From the NCBI GenBank assembly GCA_963803805.1, contig CAWDOD010000005.1:82667-146666 (forward strand): 64,000 bases of DNA, in the 5' to 3' direction. The stretch is from an uncultured cyanobacterium (lineage in GTDB: Bacteria; Cyanobacteriota; Cyanobacteriia; Cyanobacteriales; CAWCAG01). Positions within the stretch are counted from its first letter, which is position 1. Every line of letters begins with the position of its first letter. A program made the translations under genes and the position numbers. Positions 62,208 through 64,000 of this stretch are shown piece after piece. The notes beneath the pieces are model-generated. The model did no database searches, was not told the DNA's origin, and saw nothing but the letters and a program-made list of their open reading frames with translations.

Positions 62208-62621
62208 ATGCCTAGAGCAGGCGCAAACTGTACTGAGTACTACGATCGCCTTCAATTTATTCGGGATAGTGGGGACTGGGAGGGTTGGTTAAAATTCTTT
62301 CTACGGGGTGTCTATGAAGTTGCCCAGGAAGCTGCTGCAACTGCTCGTAAAATAGTCAATCTGAAAGAGAAACATCGTCAATTAGTACTCCATGAAATGG
62401 GACGGAGATCCGGTAACGCAATTGCGCTACTTGAAAGCCTCTACTTCAAACCCATTTTTACTGTAGACCATGCTCAAATGATTACCGATTTGTCATATCC
62501 TAATGCCAACACTTTAATCAAGGATCTTAGTGATATCGGTCTTCTAGAAGAAATAACTGGGCAAAAGCGGAATCGGGCTTTTTCTTATGCACCATATTTG
62601 GCTGTTTTCGGTGACTCCTAA
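62208..62621 (+). pseudogene. Fic-family remnant (C-terminal helical and winged-helix part only)
   Basis: EYYDRLQ.IR..GDWEGWLKFFL and LEEITGQKRNRAFSY are typical Fic C-termini; no HPFxDGNGR motif. Confidence 0.72.
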
Positions 62622-62719
62622 TAACTAAAAAATGTGGCGATTTAAGTTCGTACTTCAGGAATTTGTAAAGATTTTGTTAAAATTATGAGCAAAGATATAT
62701 TTTTGAGAGAATACCTGCC

Positions 62720-63430
62720 ATGAACCAAGCTGCTAAGAAAAAAGATATAGTAATTTCCCCTTCAATTCTATCTGCTGACTTCAGCCGTTTAGGAGAAGAA
62801 ATTAAAGCCATTGATGAAGCGGGTGCAGACTGGATTCACGTTGATGTTATGGATGGCCGTTTTGTTCCTAACATTACCATCGGCCCCTTGATTGTCGATG
62901 CGATTCGCCCTGTTACCAAGAAGCCTTTAGATGTTCACTTGATGATTGTCGAACCAGAAAAATATGTTGAGGGCTTTGCTAAAGCTGGGGCAGATATTAT
63001 CTCTGTACACGCTGAACATAATGCTTCTCCCCACCTTCATCGTACCTTGGGTCAAATTCGGGAATTAGGTAAACAAGCGGGTGTTGTCCTTAATCCTGGC
63101 ACTCCTTTAGAGTTAATTGACTATGTTTTGGAACTTTGTGATTCCATTTTAATTATGAGCGTTAACCCCGGTTTTGGTGGTCAAAGCTTCATTCCTGGAG
63201 TAGTTCCCAAAATCCAAAAATTACGTCAGATGTGTGATGAAAGAGGATTAGATCCTTGGATTGAAGTTGATGGCGGTTTGAAGCCTAATAATACTTGGCA
63301 AGTTTTAGAAGCGGGAGCCAACGCTATTGTAGCTGGTTCTGCGGTCTTTAAAGCCCCTGATTATGCTGAGGCAATTGAAGGGATTCGTAATAGTAAGCGT
63401 CCTGCTGAAAGAGAGTTAGCTGCGGTTTAA
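62720..63430 (+). CDS. rpe: ribulose-phosphate 3-epimerase
   Basis: [36 protein letters not shown]. Confidence 0.97.
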   Translation: MNQAAKKKDIVISPSILSADFSRLGEEIKAIDEAGADWIHVDVMDGRFVPNITIGPLIVDAIRPVTKKPLDVHLMIVEPEKYVEGFAKAGADIISVHAEHNASPHLHRTLGQIRELGKQAGVVLNPGTPLELIDYVLELCDSILIMSVNPGFGGQSFIPGVVPKIQKLRQMCDERGLDPWIEVDGGLKPNNTWQVLEAGANAIVAGSAVFKAPDYAEAIEGIRNSKRPAERELAAV

Positions 63431-63658
63431 TTGTTTATTAATTTGATTAACTAAACCAACCATAATTGCCCCCGCCATTAATATACCAATGGCGGGGGTA
63501 AAAACTGGTTCCCAAAGACTAAACCAAATATCAAAACCCAAAGGAATATTCACAGAACGCCCAATTAAAGCAATAACGAACCAAAAAAAGCTCAAGATCA
63601 CTAGGAAAATATTAGCAACTAACAATCTATTAAGCCAGATGAGTATTTGTTCTTTCAT
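63416..63658 (-). CDS. small two-TM hypothetical protein
   Basis: Two hydrophobic helices; [17 protein letters not shown]. Confidence 0.75.
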   Translation of the reverse strand: MKEQILIWLNRLLVANIFLVILSFFWFVIALIGRSVNIPLGFDIWFSLWEPVFTPAIGILMAGAIMVGLVNQINKQLNRS

Positions 63659-63730
63659 TTTTTAAGAAGGGAGTAGTTAATTGATAGATTAATAATTGAT
63701 GACTGTTCAACTTGCCGTTGCCGCTAGGCA

Positions 63731-64000
63731 TCATTGACCATCAAAGCGACTAGAGGGGCTACCGTGATTAAGCCAATATTGTTTTAAATCGTAGTGAGGG
63801 TTAGGCAAGCTTGCTTTCCCTTGATAAAGAATAGCTTTTCTATGGTTGCTAATCAACGCTTTTCTTAAAGGTTCTACACTAATTAATATTCCTCCTAAAG
63901 CTTCTACACATTCACAAAAACTGTCTACCATCGAATATTCTAAAGTTTCTAAAATAACAAAATTACCCGAATAAATCAGATGTCTGCTGCGAATCCAGCC
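63731..64000 (-). CDS. cpeR: CpeR-family protein (5' end outside the window)
   Basis: Frame extends to the window edge: GWIRSRHLIYSGNFVILETLEYS...LGGILISV...LKQYWLNHGS..SRFD. Confidence 0.75.
   Translation of the reverse strand, partial: GWIRSRHLIYSGNFVILETLEYSMVDSFCECVEALGGILISVEPLRKALISNHRKAILYQGKASLPNPHYDLKQYWLNHGSPSSRFDGQ

Noticed and set aside
63709..63733. Third SDR5-like copy (GCCGTTGCCGCTAGGCATCA)
   Set aside because: The right end resembles the element, but the left HIP1 half-site and the TAGGCAAAGCTC start are missing.

Overview
Chromosomal window from a cyanobacterium, indicated by many HIP1 octamers (GCGATCGC), heptamer tandem repeats, ycf4, and cpeR-like and xisI genes. It begins with a signalling cluster: two tandem class III adenylate cyclases, a CBS/GAF/PAS hybrid kinase with HPt, and a REC-GGDEF protein. 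Housekeeping and envelope genes follow (prlC, fabF-like, cyclophilin, ycf4, dacB, plsX-fabH, tamB, gor, cdv3, coaD, scpB, argS, rpe), along with pentapeptide, TPR and S8 proteins and a rubredoxin missed by the ORF track. Accessory material is a small xisH'-xisI-PD-(D/E)XK islet, a Fic remnant and a REP/hairpin-rich junction after fabH. There are four main observations. (1) Two related 21-nt elements sit inside degenerate HIP1 sites, one in frame within a gene. (2) Seven single-base frameshifts, two in essential argS, fall mostly at GGCC/GATC contexts and are probably methylation-linked sequencing errors. (3) The paired cyclases may form one phosphorelay. (4) The nuclease islet is a candidate defence locus. 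No CRISPR array, tRNA, rRNA or intact transposase was seen, and no single clearly novel multi-gene system can be established from the sequence alone. All assignments come from motif recognition by eye, not database searches.
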